NCBI GenBank assembly: GCA_965219005.1
Contig: CBDCMS010000003.1
Span: 706,788 to 770,787 of the forward strand
Origin: Acidobacteriota bacterium
GTDB taxonomy: Bacteria > Acidobacteriota > UBA6911 > RPQK01 > JAJDTT01
Reading direction: 5' to 3'
Length of the DNA stretch: 64,000 bases
Part shown: piece by piece, positions 50,169 to 60,631 of the stretch
Numbering within the stretch: the stretch's first letter is position 1
Layout: every line of letters starts with the position of its first letter
Made by a program: the position numbers and the translations under genes
Notes under the pieces: generated by a model
The model's database searches: none
Told to the model about the DNA's origin: nothing
What the model saw: only the letters and a program-made list of their open reading frames with translations

Positions 50169-51173
50169 GTGCGCTACGACAACAAGTGGGCCGTCTCCCG
50201 GAACCTGGGACGCCTGACCACCCGTGATGGGGTGAACTGGAAACGAAGCTACATCTGGGCACCCCCACGGAAACACCCCAGACACCAGAGCTACGGCATG
50301 CAGCGGGTGGAGCGGATCGGGGATCTCTACGTCGCCTTCTTCCCTCTCTACGACTGTGCCACCCAACGGATGAACATTCATCTCTGGGTCAGTCGTAACG
50401 GCATCCACTGGGAGGACGTGGGAGGCGACCAAGCCTGGATCCCAAATGGACCTGACAGCAGCTACGATCACGGGATCGTCTACAGCTTTGCAGGCTGGAG
50501 GAGTGACGGAGACCGGTCCATCGGTTTCTATCACGGCACCAACACGCTGCACTTCAACGCCTGGGTCCGGGTGAAGATGGCGGGGACCAGCGAAAGACCC
50601 GGAATTCCCGCCTCCCAGATCTTCGACGATGAGCAGTACAATGGCCGGGCCTACCTCTCGCCTCCAGCGCCCACCCGACCGGGCTGGGCCCTCTACGACT
50701 GCATCTGGAGCTGGCGCCGGCGCACCTGCAGCCAGAGCCTGGAGGAGGCCCGGGAGGCCTTCTGGGCCGAGGTGGAGGCCAACACGGGACAGAATCGATC
50801 CAACCACATCCAGAAGAGCCGGGAGCTCAAGATCGTGCCGGCCCAGGTGGAGTTCCGCACTCTGGGTTTTGCGTCCCGCCGGGCTGGAGAGCGGGAGGGA
50901 GTCCTCACGACCCATCTCCTCCTTTTCCAGGGCAGTAGGTTGACTCTCAATGCGGCCGCCGCCCAGGGTCACCTGAAGGTGGAGGTGCTGGATGCAGGCG
51001 GGCATCCCGTGCCCGGCTACTCCCGGGCGGAGTGCAGCCTTCAGGGATTCGACAGCACCCGACAGGAGGTCAGCTGGCAAGGTCGTTCGGACCTGAAACC
51101 CCTGAGTGGGAAGCCGGTCCGGCTTCGCTTCTATCTTCAGAAGGCCGATCTCTATGGCTTCCAGATCCGATAG
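50169..51173 (+). pseudogene. N-terminally truncated family A gene (334 aa); the first ~200 residues are missing
   Basis: It starts inside the propeller (TRDGVNW) and ends VRLRFYLQKADLYGFQIR. It is preceded by an 870-bp ORF-poor gap. Confidence 0.55.
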
Positions 51174-51200
51174 CCTCGCCGTCTGGTCAGCCAATCGATC

Positions 51201-51941
51201 ATGAAGAAGACTTCAATGAGAATGCGAGTCCGGCGGGTGGGCGTCCTCCTCTCGCCCTGGCCTCCTCCGGAATCCAAGTCGCCCCCGATATCCCTGGAGT
51301 CATCGACATCGGCCACAGAAAGCAGCTCTTCATCGACGGCTACAGTGTTGAGTCCATGGAGCCCCGGGTCTACCGCCTCATGCTTAGACCAGCCGCAGAT
51401 CAACCTCCCGGCCCAGTCCTCCTGTGGAATTCAGGTTCTGGATCTGAATCGGGACGGCTACCTGGAGATCGTCGTCCACAATCACATCCTGAACGGACGC
51501 CACGACTTCGGCGCCTACATCTATTGGGGCGGACCGGGCGGCTACAACATCGATCGCAGGAGCCACCTGCCCACCAGCGGCACCCACATGTCCAACATCC
51601 TGGAACCGGGAAACGTCTATTCCCGGCGGCTGGAGGAGAAGTACATTTCACCTCCGATTTCCAAGCCTGCTTCCCGCAGGGTCCTTCTCCACTGGGAAGC
51701 GGATACACACTTTGGAACAGGGGTGCGGTTTCAGACTCGCGGCGGGAGTGAGCGGGAATTGGACGGAAAGGAATGGACCGGTCCCTCGGGTCCGGAATCC
51801 TACTTCACGGTGTCCGGCAGCTCCTTGCCCGAGTCACTCGCTTCGGTGCCCTGGATACAATACCGGGCAGTCCTCACCACTCCGGACGGGGGGAATTCTC
51901 CGGTGTTGAAAGAGGTGTCTCTGGAATGTGTGACCGACTAG
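51201..51941 (+). pseudogene. C-terminal fragment of an FG-GAP/ASPIC-UnbV-like protein; a family-A N-terminal stub lies out of frame just upstream
   Basis: VLDLNRDGYLEIVV (FG-GAP-like) and HWEADTHFGTG (UnbV/ASPIC-like). The other frame at about 51290..51380 encodes VIDIGHRKQLFIDGYSVESM, the family A N-terminal motif. Confidence 0.3.
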
Positions 51942-51987
51942 GTTATAGGTTAGGTTATAGGTTAAGCTTAGCTCCGGGAGGACACCC

Positions 51988-52728
51988 GTGAACCCAACTG
52001 GAAGCGAATCCAACATAGTCGTTCTCTTCAAAGGAGGGCGACTGCCCAGCTGGCATCGCCTGACGGCGACCCAACGCACCGATTACGAGCGGCAGCATGT
52101 AGACCTGATGCTCTCCATCGTCAGCGAGTATGGGATGAAGCGTCTCGAGGGTTTTCGCCTGATCGCACCACAGGAACGTTGGGAGCGCTTCTGGCTCATC
52201 GAGTTCCCCACCCTCGAAGGTGCCGAAGCCTGGATCGAGGCCGAGATGGCGCCTCCCAATGGCCTCTACGGATTCTACGAGTACTACCTCTCGCGTCCCT
52301 TTCGACCCAAAGAGCTCGCAACCTGGGTCCCGAACCCCCGTCCCACCACTGTCGTCAACCCCCAGGCAGATCCCCACCAGATTCCCTCTCTAGAGACCGA
52401 TCTCAGCAGCGTCGTTGTGCTGCTGTTCGGGCGGTGGCTTCCAGGATCTGAGGCAGTCGAACCCAACGTCCGAGGTGATCAGGAACATGTGGATCTGATG
52501 AAGGGAATCGCGCGGGATCACCGCATGATGCGGTTGGAAGCCTTCAGGCTGATAGATCCGCAGCCGGATTGGCATCGAGCCTGGGTGATGGAATTCCCTG
52601 ACTTGGCCGGCGCCGAAGCCTGGATCAACGGCGAGATCCTGCCACCCCATGGAGCCTATTCCAACAAGATCATGTACCTCGCCCGCAGATGGGCCTCGGA
52701 TTACTTCGCCAGTTGGGTCAATGACTGA
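51988..52728 (+). CDS. Hypothetical protein built from two tandem ~120-aa homologous domains
   Basis: Repeat 1 is VVLFKGGRLPSWHRL...HVDLMLSIVSEYGMKRLEGFRLIAPQERWERFWLIEFPTLEGAEAWIEAEMAPPNGLY. Repeat 2 is VVLLFGRWLPGSEAV...HVDLMKGIARDHRMMRLEAFRLIDPQPDWHRAWVMEFPDLAGAEAWINGEILPPHGAY. Confidence 0.55.
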   Translation: MNPTGSESNIVVLFKGGRLPSWHRLTATQRTDYERQHVDLMLSIVSEYGMKRLEGFRLIAPQERWERFWLIEFPTLEGAEAWIEAEMAPPNGLYGFYEYYLSRPFRPKELATWVPNPRPTTVVNPQADPHQIPSLETDLSSVVVLLFGRWLPGSEAVEPNVRGDQEHVDLMKGIARDHRMMRLEAFRLIDPQPDWHRAWVMEFPDLAGAEAWINGEILPPHGAYSNKIMYLARRWASDYFASWVND

Positions 52729-52900
52729 AGTTTCTTTCGGAGCAAGAGTCAGCTCTGCCGAGCATATCAACATCAGCGTGATCAACAGAGCCGCGCACGG
52801 CTGTCAAAGTCTGCAACATCAGTCCAGTTTCCGAGGAGAGAGCGGTCAACAGCAACATCTTCCAACCACCCGGATGGCACCATCACCACCCTTGAAGAAT

Positions 52901-53318
52901 GGGCGAAACAACCCCTCTCCACCTTAGAACTGAAGTGATTGACAGCCCAGGATTTAGAGCTGTCGAATGGCGGTCTGGATAAACACCCACGAGTGGGCCG
53001 ATGATCTTATCAAGATGGTTGCCGGAGCCATCATTCTGGTTTCTTGGCGTCGGACCGGGACGAGGGAGGTCGGGGCAGTTTCGTGAGGACTTCCCGGCCA
53101 TACCCTGGTCCGCCGGTCATTCTCGAGTAAGCTGAGTAAGTGCCCCCGATCCCTTTTCGAGCCTATGTCTCCGGAATCCCAGAGGTAAACGAAGATAAAG
53201 GGATCAAAGAACCTTCTATCTGAACCCCACCTGGCGTCTATTCAAACCTCTGTCTGTTAGCTCTAACGCCTACGCTGTCAATCACTTCAGCTCTAAAGTC
53301 GAGAGGGGTTGTTTCGCC
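52901..53318. mobile_element. MITE-like 418-bp element with ~45-bp imperfect terminal inverted repeats
   Basis: gggcgaaacaacccctctccaccttagaactgaagtgattgacagc at 52901..52946 against the reverse complement of gctgtcaatcacttcagctctaaagtcgagaggggttgtttcgccc at 53274..53318 (about 3 mismatches). Confidence 0.35.
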
Positions 53319-53594
53319 CATCCTTCGAGTTGCGCTCGGTACGCACGTGTCTATCCCCCAAAATCACTTTGAATTTCGTGGAGGCACACCCGAGCAAAAG
53401 GAAGGTTCATCAAACATCTGGATCATCAGGTTATTGCTTGGAAGCAAAGGTCTATCCTTTGAACTGGCAGCCACCGAAGATTCCCCCGACGACTCTATTA
53501 AGCAACAAGCTCTGCGGGCACTCGGAGGCGAGCTTCGTCGAATTGGCTTAGGAGACAGATTCTAGGGCTTGATCGCGGATAGCGACATAGCGTC

Positions 53595-53661
53595 AAGGGT
53601 AGCGCCCAGATTGGTATTGAAATACAACATAAGGGCTCGTTTCTAGCGGACAAGGGCGCGA
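53595..53661 (+). repeat. Copy A of a dispersed ~67-bp repeat (about 88% identical to 63626..63692, same orientation)
   Basis: aagggtagcgcccagattggtattgaaatacaacataagggctcgtttctagcggacaagggcgcga. Confidence 0.7.
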
Positions 53662-53768
53662 ACCGAGCAGAGCTGTACGGCGTACCCCAGGCGGTTGGAG
53701 TCACGCCGTCGCCGATCAATGTGACTTCGGTCCTCGTCGTCAAGGAAGAAGTAGGCCCAGAACTGGCG
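53647..53768 (-). pseudogene. Stub of a Tn3-family transposase N-terminal (DUF4158) region, about 40 aa
   Basis: Translates to LRQFWAYFFLDDEDRSHIDRRRRDSNRLGYAVQLCSVRALVR*, which fits the Tn3 TnpA N-terminal RRG..NRLGFAVQL motif. Its stop lies inside the 67-bp repeat. Confidence 0.4.
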
Positions 53769-53927
53769 AAGCTATCATGAGGTACCATCTGTGGGACCGA
53801 CTCGTCTGATTTGGCCCCCGAGGCCTCTGCCTGGTCCTACCGACTCTCCCCCTTCATCCTCCCTTTATGTACGTCCCTGATACGATCCTCTCCGGACACC
53901 CTTGGGGGATAGAGGAGCTGGGGAGGA

Positions 53928-54356
53928 GTGATGAAGAGACACTGGGACGAGCAGGAGCTCGCTGAGCACTGGTCTTTGACCCACGACGAGTTCGAGCTGC
54001 TCCGAAACCGCACGGAGCGGAGTCGCATTGGCTTCGCTGTCTTGCTGAAGTTCTTTCAGGTTGAAGGGCGGTTTCCGAGCGACAGGAAGGAGGTTCCAGC
54101 GGTAGCGCTGGACTATCTTGGCGACCAACTGGAGGCCTCGAGCAAGGCGTTCTCTGAGTACGACTGGAGCGGTCGCAGCGGCAAGAGGGACCGCGAGCAG
54201 GTGCGATCCTTTCTGGGATTCCGCCGGGTCACCGTGGACGATTCCAAAACACTAGCAGATTGGCTCAGCTGCGAAGTTCTTCCCATTGACTCCAAGCCCG
54301 AACACCTCAAGCAAGCAGCGCTGGACTGGTGGTTCTGTTCCAACAAAGGTACGTAA
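53928..54356 (+). pseudogene. Tn3-family transposase N-terminal DUF4158 domain fragment (142 aa)
   Basis: WDEQELAEHWSLTHDEFELLRNRTERSRIGFAVLLKFFQVEGRFP...REQVRSFLGFRRVT. Confidence 0.55.
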
Positions 54357-54673
54357 TGCGACATAGGCTTCGGACCTTTTGGTCGAAGGGCACAGCTCGC
54401 GTCGCGAACTGCCCCTCGACGCATCGGTACCACAGAGAACTATCGTCTATTGAACCGTCTCATAAAACGACCATTTGATGAGATATCCTTCCGCCCCGGA
54501 GCAGCCCGTGTGGTTTCTGGCTTTCCGAGTCTCAATAAACCATCTCATGATTCATAGTCTCGGAAACTCGATTCCTAAGCGCCCCAATGAGACAATGCGA
54601 GCAAGACGAGGGAGGGATACCGTGTAGCGAGACTTATCGGCTATGCACGGGTGAGCAACCGGAGGAAAGACCC

Positions 54674-56527
54674 ATGCCCAGGATGAAAATCCTCAGCACG
54701 GTGGAGCAGGAGGCGTTTGATCTACCCCCGGAGTTTACCGGTGTCCAGCGTAAGCAATACTTCGATATCCCTCTGGCACTACAACGAGTAGCCTCCAATC
54801 TCCGCACTCCGACCCATCACCTAGGGTTTCTGCTGAGCTGCGGGTACTTCAAGGCCGCCAAGCGTTTCTTCAGCCCCCGGTAGTTCCCAGCACGTGACAT
54901 TCAATATCTGGCCCGTCGGCTTGACTTGTCCCCCGAAACGTTCGATGCAGACGACTACAACGATCGCACACGTCAGCGTCACCAACTTCTGATTCTGAAG
55001 CACTACGGCTACCACGACTTCGATGCAAAAGCGCGGTTCTTCATCGTTCAGGAAATCAACGCCATGGTGTGCTCCCAGCTCAAACCGCGGCTCATATTCT
55101 GGCGCTGTGTCGACCTATTGACACGAGAAAAGGTTCACGTGCCCGGTTGTTTTCGTCTCGCGGAGTTGATCCTCGATGCGATTAACCGTCGCAAGAAGGT
55201 ATTGACAGAACTCGTCGGGAAACGACTGTCAACAGAAACCAGGGCATTGCTGGATGAGCTATTCGTCCAGAGCACGGAGCTTGACGGCGAGTCGATGCCA
55301 TCGAAAACCGCTGCTTACAAGTTGACGTTGCTGAAAACACTCTCTCAATCCACGAAGCCGTCCAAGGTCAAGGAACGGGTCTCAGATCTGGATGTATTGG
55401 CGACGCTCTATGCGCGTCTGCAGCCCGTGCTCAACTCGATCAGCCTGAATCACGACGGGATCCACTACTACGCAAATAGCGTCATCAAGGCAGAGATATT
55501 CCAGGTGCTACGACGCAGCGAAGAGGATCGGTACTTGCACGTCATCGCCTTTGTCGCCCACCAGTATTATCGGTTGCAGGACAACCTGGTGGACGGCCTA
55601 TTGAGCAGTCTACAAAGCTTCCACAACAGCGCCCAGCGCGAGCACAAAGAGCAGTGCTACGTACGCCGCCAGCAGCGCAATCAATCCCTCAAAGCGTTGG
55701 TAAACTGCCTTGATGAAGAGCTCCTGGGTACACTGGCCGTCATTGACGCCATTACCCACGATGAGAGACTCACCGACTCGGAGAAAATCGAACGCATTCG
55801 CCGGGTCCTCGACGCGCGCGACCCTGCACGGCGCGAGCTGGAAGAGGAGCTGGTGGAGCTGAAGCGCGGCCTCCAGTCCGAGCTGAACGAGGAGAACTAC
55901 TACGAGATCCTGGAAACGAAGTCGATCCGCCTGCAGAATCGGGTTGCCCCGGTCATCAAGGCGCTGACCTTCCAGGCCGAACCCGCAGCCACAGAGCTGC
56001 TTGCCGCGATCGATCACTTCAAGCATAAGGACGGAGCGATCGACAAGCGCGTACCGCTCGACTTCCTTGACCCGGCGGAACGCGCCGCCGTCCTCGGAGC
56101 CGACCAACGATTTCGAATCTCATTGTACAAAGCCTTGCTCTTCCGTCACGTTCAGAGCGCCATCAAATCGGGGACCCTCAACCTCGAGTATTCGTACAAG
56201 TACAGAGCACTCGATGACTAGCTGATCGACCGACAACGCTGGGCCCGTGAAAAGGAGCAACTACTCGAGCGGGCCGGGATGCAGGACTTCGCCGATCCTG
56301 AAAGCGTGCTCGACGCGCTCGATGATGCACTGCATAAACAGTACGAGATAACGAACGACAACATCCGAGCCGGCGATAATCCCCACGTGCAGTTCAAAAA
56401 GAACGGTCTCTTCAGCATCACCACTCCAAAACAGGAAGAGACGGATGCCGAGCCGCTCCAAGGCTTCTTTCCCGAAGGGTGCGGCTCTTTTAGAACGAAC
56501 CATTATCCTTTATTGACAATAGGTTAG
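54674..56527 (+). pseudogene. Tn3-family transposase, N-terminal ~620 aa, disrupted by an in-frame stop at 54881..54883 and a frameshift near 56221..56279, then cut by an IS insertion
   Basis: Starts MPRMKILSTVEQEAFDLPPEF...HHLGFLLSCGYFKAAKRFF (Tn3 TnpA-like), preceded by ggaggaaag. It continues through 54926..56221 and 56279..56527. Confidence 0.65.
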
Positions 56528-56748
56528 CCAGGTCCGAATCGCAGCGAGCGGTGCTTTGTGGCGAGATAAGGCTTGGCTAAGCGCATAAGTCGGCTAAAAC
56601 GCGTCGAATTGCGGTGCGCTCGGATAGCTGCCCGTCCTGGTCTGAGACTCTGCCCGCTGTGAGTCGGTGCAATCCCGGTGCGATGAAAAATAGAAGAGGG
56701 AAAAAAAGCACTGGGCATTTGGTTTCGTTGGTTTGCTAGCGTAGGTTT

Positions 56749-57651
56749 GTGGCAGAGGGTGTGGAGAGGAAAGCGCCGCGTTTCCTAGGTCGGGAGGTGG
56801 GCGAAGCGGAGCAGGCCCTGATCCGGGAGATCGTGGGGATGTGTGGGGGTCTGAGCCGGATGGAACTGGCCGCCACCGTGTGCGAGTTGCTGGGGTGGAA
56901 GCGCCGCAGCGGGTCGCTGAAAGCGCGGGAGTGCCGGGAGTTTCTGGAGAAGCTGGAGAGCCAGGGGTGGCTACGGCTGCCCGCCAAGCGGCCGGGGCGG
57001 CCGGCGGGCAAAGCGACCGAGGTGCCGGTGACGGCGCGGGGAGAGCCGGGGGCCCGATTGGTGGGGACGGCGCGGGATCTGGGTGAGATCCGGCTACAGC
57101 GGGTTCAGACGCTGGAGCAGCGACGGCTGTTCCGGGAGCTGGTGGGGCGTTACCACTATCTGGGCCAGCGGGTGCCGTTCGGGGCGCATCTGCGCTATCT
57201 GGTCTCCGCGTCGGAGCCGGCGGCCACGGTGGTGGCCTGCGTGCAGTTTTCGAGCGCGGCCTGGCAGATTGCGGTGCGCGACCGCTGGATTGGATGGGAG
57301 GCGGAGACGCGGGCGCGCCAGCTGGTGCACGTGGTCTCGAACAGTCGCTATTTAGTGTTGCCCTGGGTCGAGGTCAAGAACCTGGCGAGCCGGATCTTAT
57401 CGCGGGCAGTGCGGCAGCTGGCGGTGGACTGGCCCCGGAGCTACGGGGCCAAGGTGTTTCTGGTGGAGACGCTAGTGGATCCAGCCCGTTACCGGGGCAG
57501 CTGCTATCGGGGGGCGAACTGGATCGAGCTGGGGAGCACCCGGGGCGGGAAGCGGGGGGATCGGCTGGCGCGGGGCGAGGCGGTGAAACCGAAACGGGTG
57601 CTGGTGTATCCGCTGGTGGCGGAGGCGGCCCGGCGCTTGCGGGAGGGCTAG
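56749..57651 (+). CDS. DUF4338 domain protein (accessory ORF of the ISKra4-family element)
   Basis: WIGWEAETRARQLVHVVSNSRYLVLPWVEVKNLASRIL...VFLVETLVDPARYRGSCYRGANWIELGSTRG. Confidence 0.5.
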   Translation: MAEGVERKAPRFLGREVGEAEQALIREIVGMCGGLSRMELAATVCELLGWKRRSGSLKARECREFLEKLESQGWLRLPAKRPGRPAGKATEVPVTARGEPGARLVGTARDLGEIRLQRVQTLEQRRLFRELVGRYHYLGQRVPFGAHLRYLVSASEPAATVVACVQFSSAAWQIAVRDRWIGWEAETRARQLVHVVSNSRYLVLPWVEVKNLASRILSRAVRQLAVDWPRSYGAKVFLVETLVDPARYRGSCYRGANWIELGSTRGGKRGDRLARGEAVKPKRVLVYPLVAEAARRLREG

Positions 57652-57654
57652 AAG

Positions 57655-59212
57655 TTGCGAGCGGTGGCCGCCCAGTTACAGGCTGAGGATGAGTTCGCGG
57701 CGGCGCGAGAGCAGTTCGCCCAGATGGAGGCCTTTCTAGTGTCGGACGAGGCCCATAGTAAGACGCATAGCGAGTTGGAGCGGGAGCTGGAGCAGCAGGG
57801 GCGGGAGCTGCTACGACGGCTCTATCAGGCGCACCTGGAGCGGCGGGCTCCGGGCGAGGCGACCGCTGCGGTGCGGGAACTCGCAGGGGTACAGTGCGGC
57901 AACAGAGCCGACGGCAGGAACGGGGGCTGGAAACGGTCTTTGGAGAGGTTCGGGTGGAGCGGCTCGGCTATGGGGGAGAGGGGCTCCAGAGCCTGCACCC
58001 GCTGGATGCGGATCTGAACCTGCCTCCGGAGTTGTACTCGCACCAGGTGCGGCGGCGTGCGGCGGAGGAAGCCGCCGAGGGGTCGTTCGACAAAGTCGTG
58101 GAGGCGCTGTCGAAAACCACGGGGGCGCAGGTGGGCAAGCGCCAGTGGAGGAGCTGGTGGGCCGGGCTGCCCAGAACTTCGATGCCTTCTATGAGGAGAG
58201 ACAAGCGGGAGCGTTACAGGAGAGCGAGTCGGGGGCGATCTTGGCGATCTCGGTGGACGGCAAAGGCGTGGTGCTGCGTCGTGAGGATCTGCGGGAGGCG
58301 ACGCGCCAGCGGGCGGAAGCGAGCGAGCACAAGCTGCAGAAGCGGTTGAGCAAGGGCGAAAAGCGCCACGCCAAGCGGATGGCGACGGTCGCGGCGGTGT
58401 ATACCATCGCGCCTCAGGTGCGGCGGCCGGAGGAGGTGATACGGGTCCTGGCCCCGCAGCCGCAGCGGGAGGAAGGGAAGCGACCGCGGCCCCAGCACAA
58501 AGGGCTGTGGGCGAGCTTGGAGAAGCGCCCCGAAGAGGTCATCGAGCAAGCCCTCGGGGAAGCCCGCTCGCGGGATCCCACCGGGAGCAAGAGTTGGGTG
58601 GTGCTGGTCGACGGCCACCGGAGTCAGCTGAAGACGCTGTTCCGGTGTTTGCGCCGATCCGGCAGGGCTGCGCCCACGATCGTGCTGGACTTCATCCACG
58701 TGAGCGAGTACGTGTGGAAGGCCGGCATGGCTCTGCACGGGGAAGTCAACCCGAAGCTGGAGGGCTGGGTGGGCGAGCACCTACTGAGCCTTCTGTGCGG
58801 GCGCAGTGGCTATGTGGCGGGCGGAATCCGTCGCAGTGCGACTCGTCGGGGCCTGGCGGGCAACGCGCGCAAAGCGGTGGATCGCTGCGCCAACTATCTG
58901 CTCAAAAATGCGGGGTATCTTCACTATGACACGTATCTGGCGAAGGGGTTCCCCATTGCCACCGGTGTCATCGAGGGGGCCTGCCGTTACCTGGTCAAAG
59001 ATCGGATGGAGGTGACCGGCGCGCGCTGGTCTCTGGCGGGGGCCGAGGCGGTTTTACGCCTACGTGCGCTGCAGGCCAGCGGAGACTTCGACGCCTATTG
59101 GCGCTTTCACGAGCGGCAGGAGTCGCTGAGAAACCATGCCGCGCGCTACGCGGAGGGCAAGGTCGTCCCAGTCCGCGGCCCCAAGCGCCCTCACCTGAAG
59201 CGGGTGAAGTAA
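57655..59212 (+). pseudogene. ISKra4-family DDE transposase split over three frames (57655.., 57894.., 58145..59212)
   Basis: TIVLDFIHVSEYVWKAGMALHG and the C-terminal ATGVIEGACRYLVKDRMEVTGARWSLAGAEAVLRLRAL are characteristic of ISKra4-family transposases. Two frameshifts. Confidence 0.6.
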
Positions 59213-59281
59213 GAAGATCCAGAAGTCCAATCGGTCGGTCTTCCGTGTCAGATTGTTCTGCCCCACCCAACTACCCAACCC

Positions 59282-60394
59282 CAGAATGCCTTCGCTGCTC
59301 CCATAGTAAGAGAGGTCCATCTTGCGTTCGACGGCACCAGAATCGCCTGTTCTAAAAGAGCCGCACCCTTTCCCGAACGCCAATACGTCCCGCTCTCGGA
59401 GGTGCTGGCGACCGTGAATCGCTATGCCGGGTTTCTCGACGAGTTTCAGCACTGGCAGCAACGCTATAACCGGCGCCAACCGCCATCGAGGACCTTCTAC
59501 GCCGGGGTCATTGGACTCGGATGCGGGATTGGCACCCGCAAGATTGCCCAGATCTCGCGGCAGATCGAAGAATCGGAGCTCGAGCACACCGTGAACTGGT
59601 ACTTCTCACCGGAGAATGCGGCCGCGGCGAACGACAAAGTGATCCGTCTCATGGACCGCTTGGATTTGCCGAACGTCTACCGCCACACACCGGGTAAACT
59701 CCATACTTCGAGCGACGGCCAGAAATTCACCGTGCGAGGCGATTCTCTCAATGCCAATTTCTCGTTCAAATACTTCGGCAAAGAGCAGGGAGTCACGCTT
59801 CATAGCTTCATCGACGAACGCCACCTGCTGTTCCACTCCACGGTCTTCAGTGCCGCAGAGCGCGAGAGCGCCTATGTCATCGATGGCTTAATGCACAACG
59901 ATGTGGTCAAAAGCGACATCCACTCGACCGACACCCACGGCTACAGCGAGGCCATATTCGGCACGACCCACTTGCTCGGTTTCTCCTACGCACCACGCAT
60001 CAGGAATCTGAAGAAACAGCTCCTATACATCTTCAAGAACCGCAGTGGTGTCGATCGCTCTGAATGGCGAATCAAACCTTCCGGTTACGTGAATCGGCAA
60101 CATATTGCTGACAACTGGGACGACATTCTGCGACTCATTGCAACTATCAAGCTCAAGGAAGTGACCGCATCAGAGCTCTTCCGGCGGCTCAACTCGTACT
60201 CCAAACAACACGCCCTCTATCGGGCCCTCAAGTCCTTCGGGCAGATCATCAAGTCGATTTCCATCCTTCGCTACCTGGATGATGTCCCGCTGCGCCACGC
60301 GATCGAGCACCAGCTCAGCAAGATTGAGCAGTCCCATCGTTTCACGAGGGCGTCCAAAGGGATGATGGCAAAGGCGAAGTTGGAGCGCAGCTGA
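59282..60394 (+). pseudogene. Tn3-family transposase C-terminal DDE region; the 3' part of the gene split by the ISKra4 insertion
   Basis: HSTDTHGYSEAIFGTTHLLGFSYAPRIRNLKKQ is the Tn3 DDE-domain signature. The ORF track starts at a GTG at 59402 and homology extends upstream in frame. Confidence 0.65.
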
Positions 60395-60631
60395 TTGACC
60401 CTGCCGATCGCCGGCCAGAGATTATGAAGATCGGCTTCCATGAAGTTGAATCGCCGGCTTTCTCTTCGGCACTGCTTTCTGGTGCGGCCAGGGCAGCCGG
60501 CACGCCTTTTTCATCCAACTTGCCGGCGGCACACGTTGTTGCATAAATCGATTCGGCGTTTCGGCTTGTCTCTGATCGGTCAGGGTGCCCGCATGAGGAA
60601 TGACGCCGAATGAATACTGCTTTTCGACCGG

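Larger units (their letters stand above)
56528..59281 (+). mobile_element. ISKra4-family insertion (~2.75 kb) nested in the Tn3-family transposase gene; carries a DUF4338 ORF and a frameshifted transposase. The element ends are approximate
   Basis: Tn3 TnpA homology stops at 56527 and resumes at about 59282. The interior encodes DUF4338 and the ISKra4-type transposase. Confidence 0.5.

Noticed and set aside
51032-51751. 239-aa ORF in an alternative frame overlapping 51201..51941
   Set aside because: Apart from a ~20-residue family A N-terminal stub, it has a Pro/Ser/Gly-rich biased composition. It is treated as part of the chimeric scar rather than a gene.
53595-53661. Interpreting the 67-bp repeat as a Tn3-family 38-bp terminal inverted repeat
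   Set aside because: The two copies are in direct, not inverted, orientation. They lack the GGGG outer end and the ACGYTAAG inner motif, and they occur in unrelated contexts.
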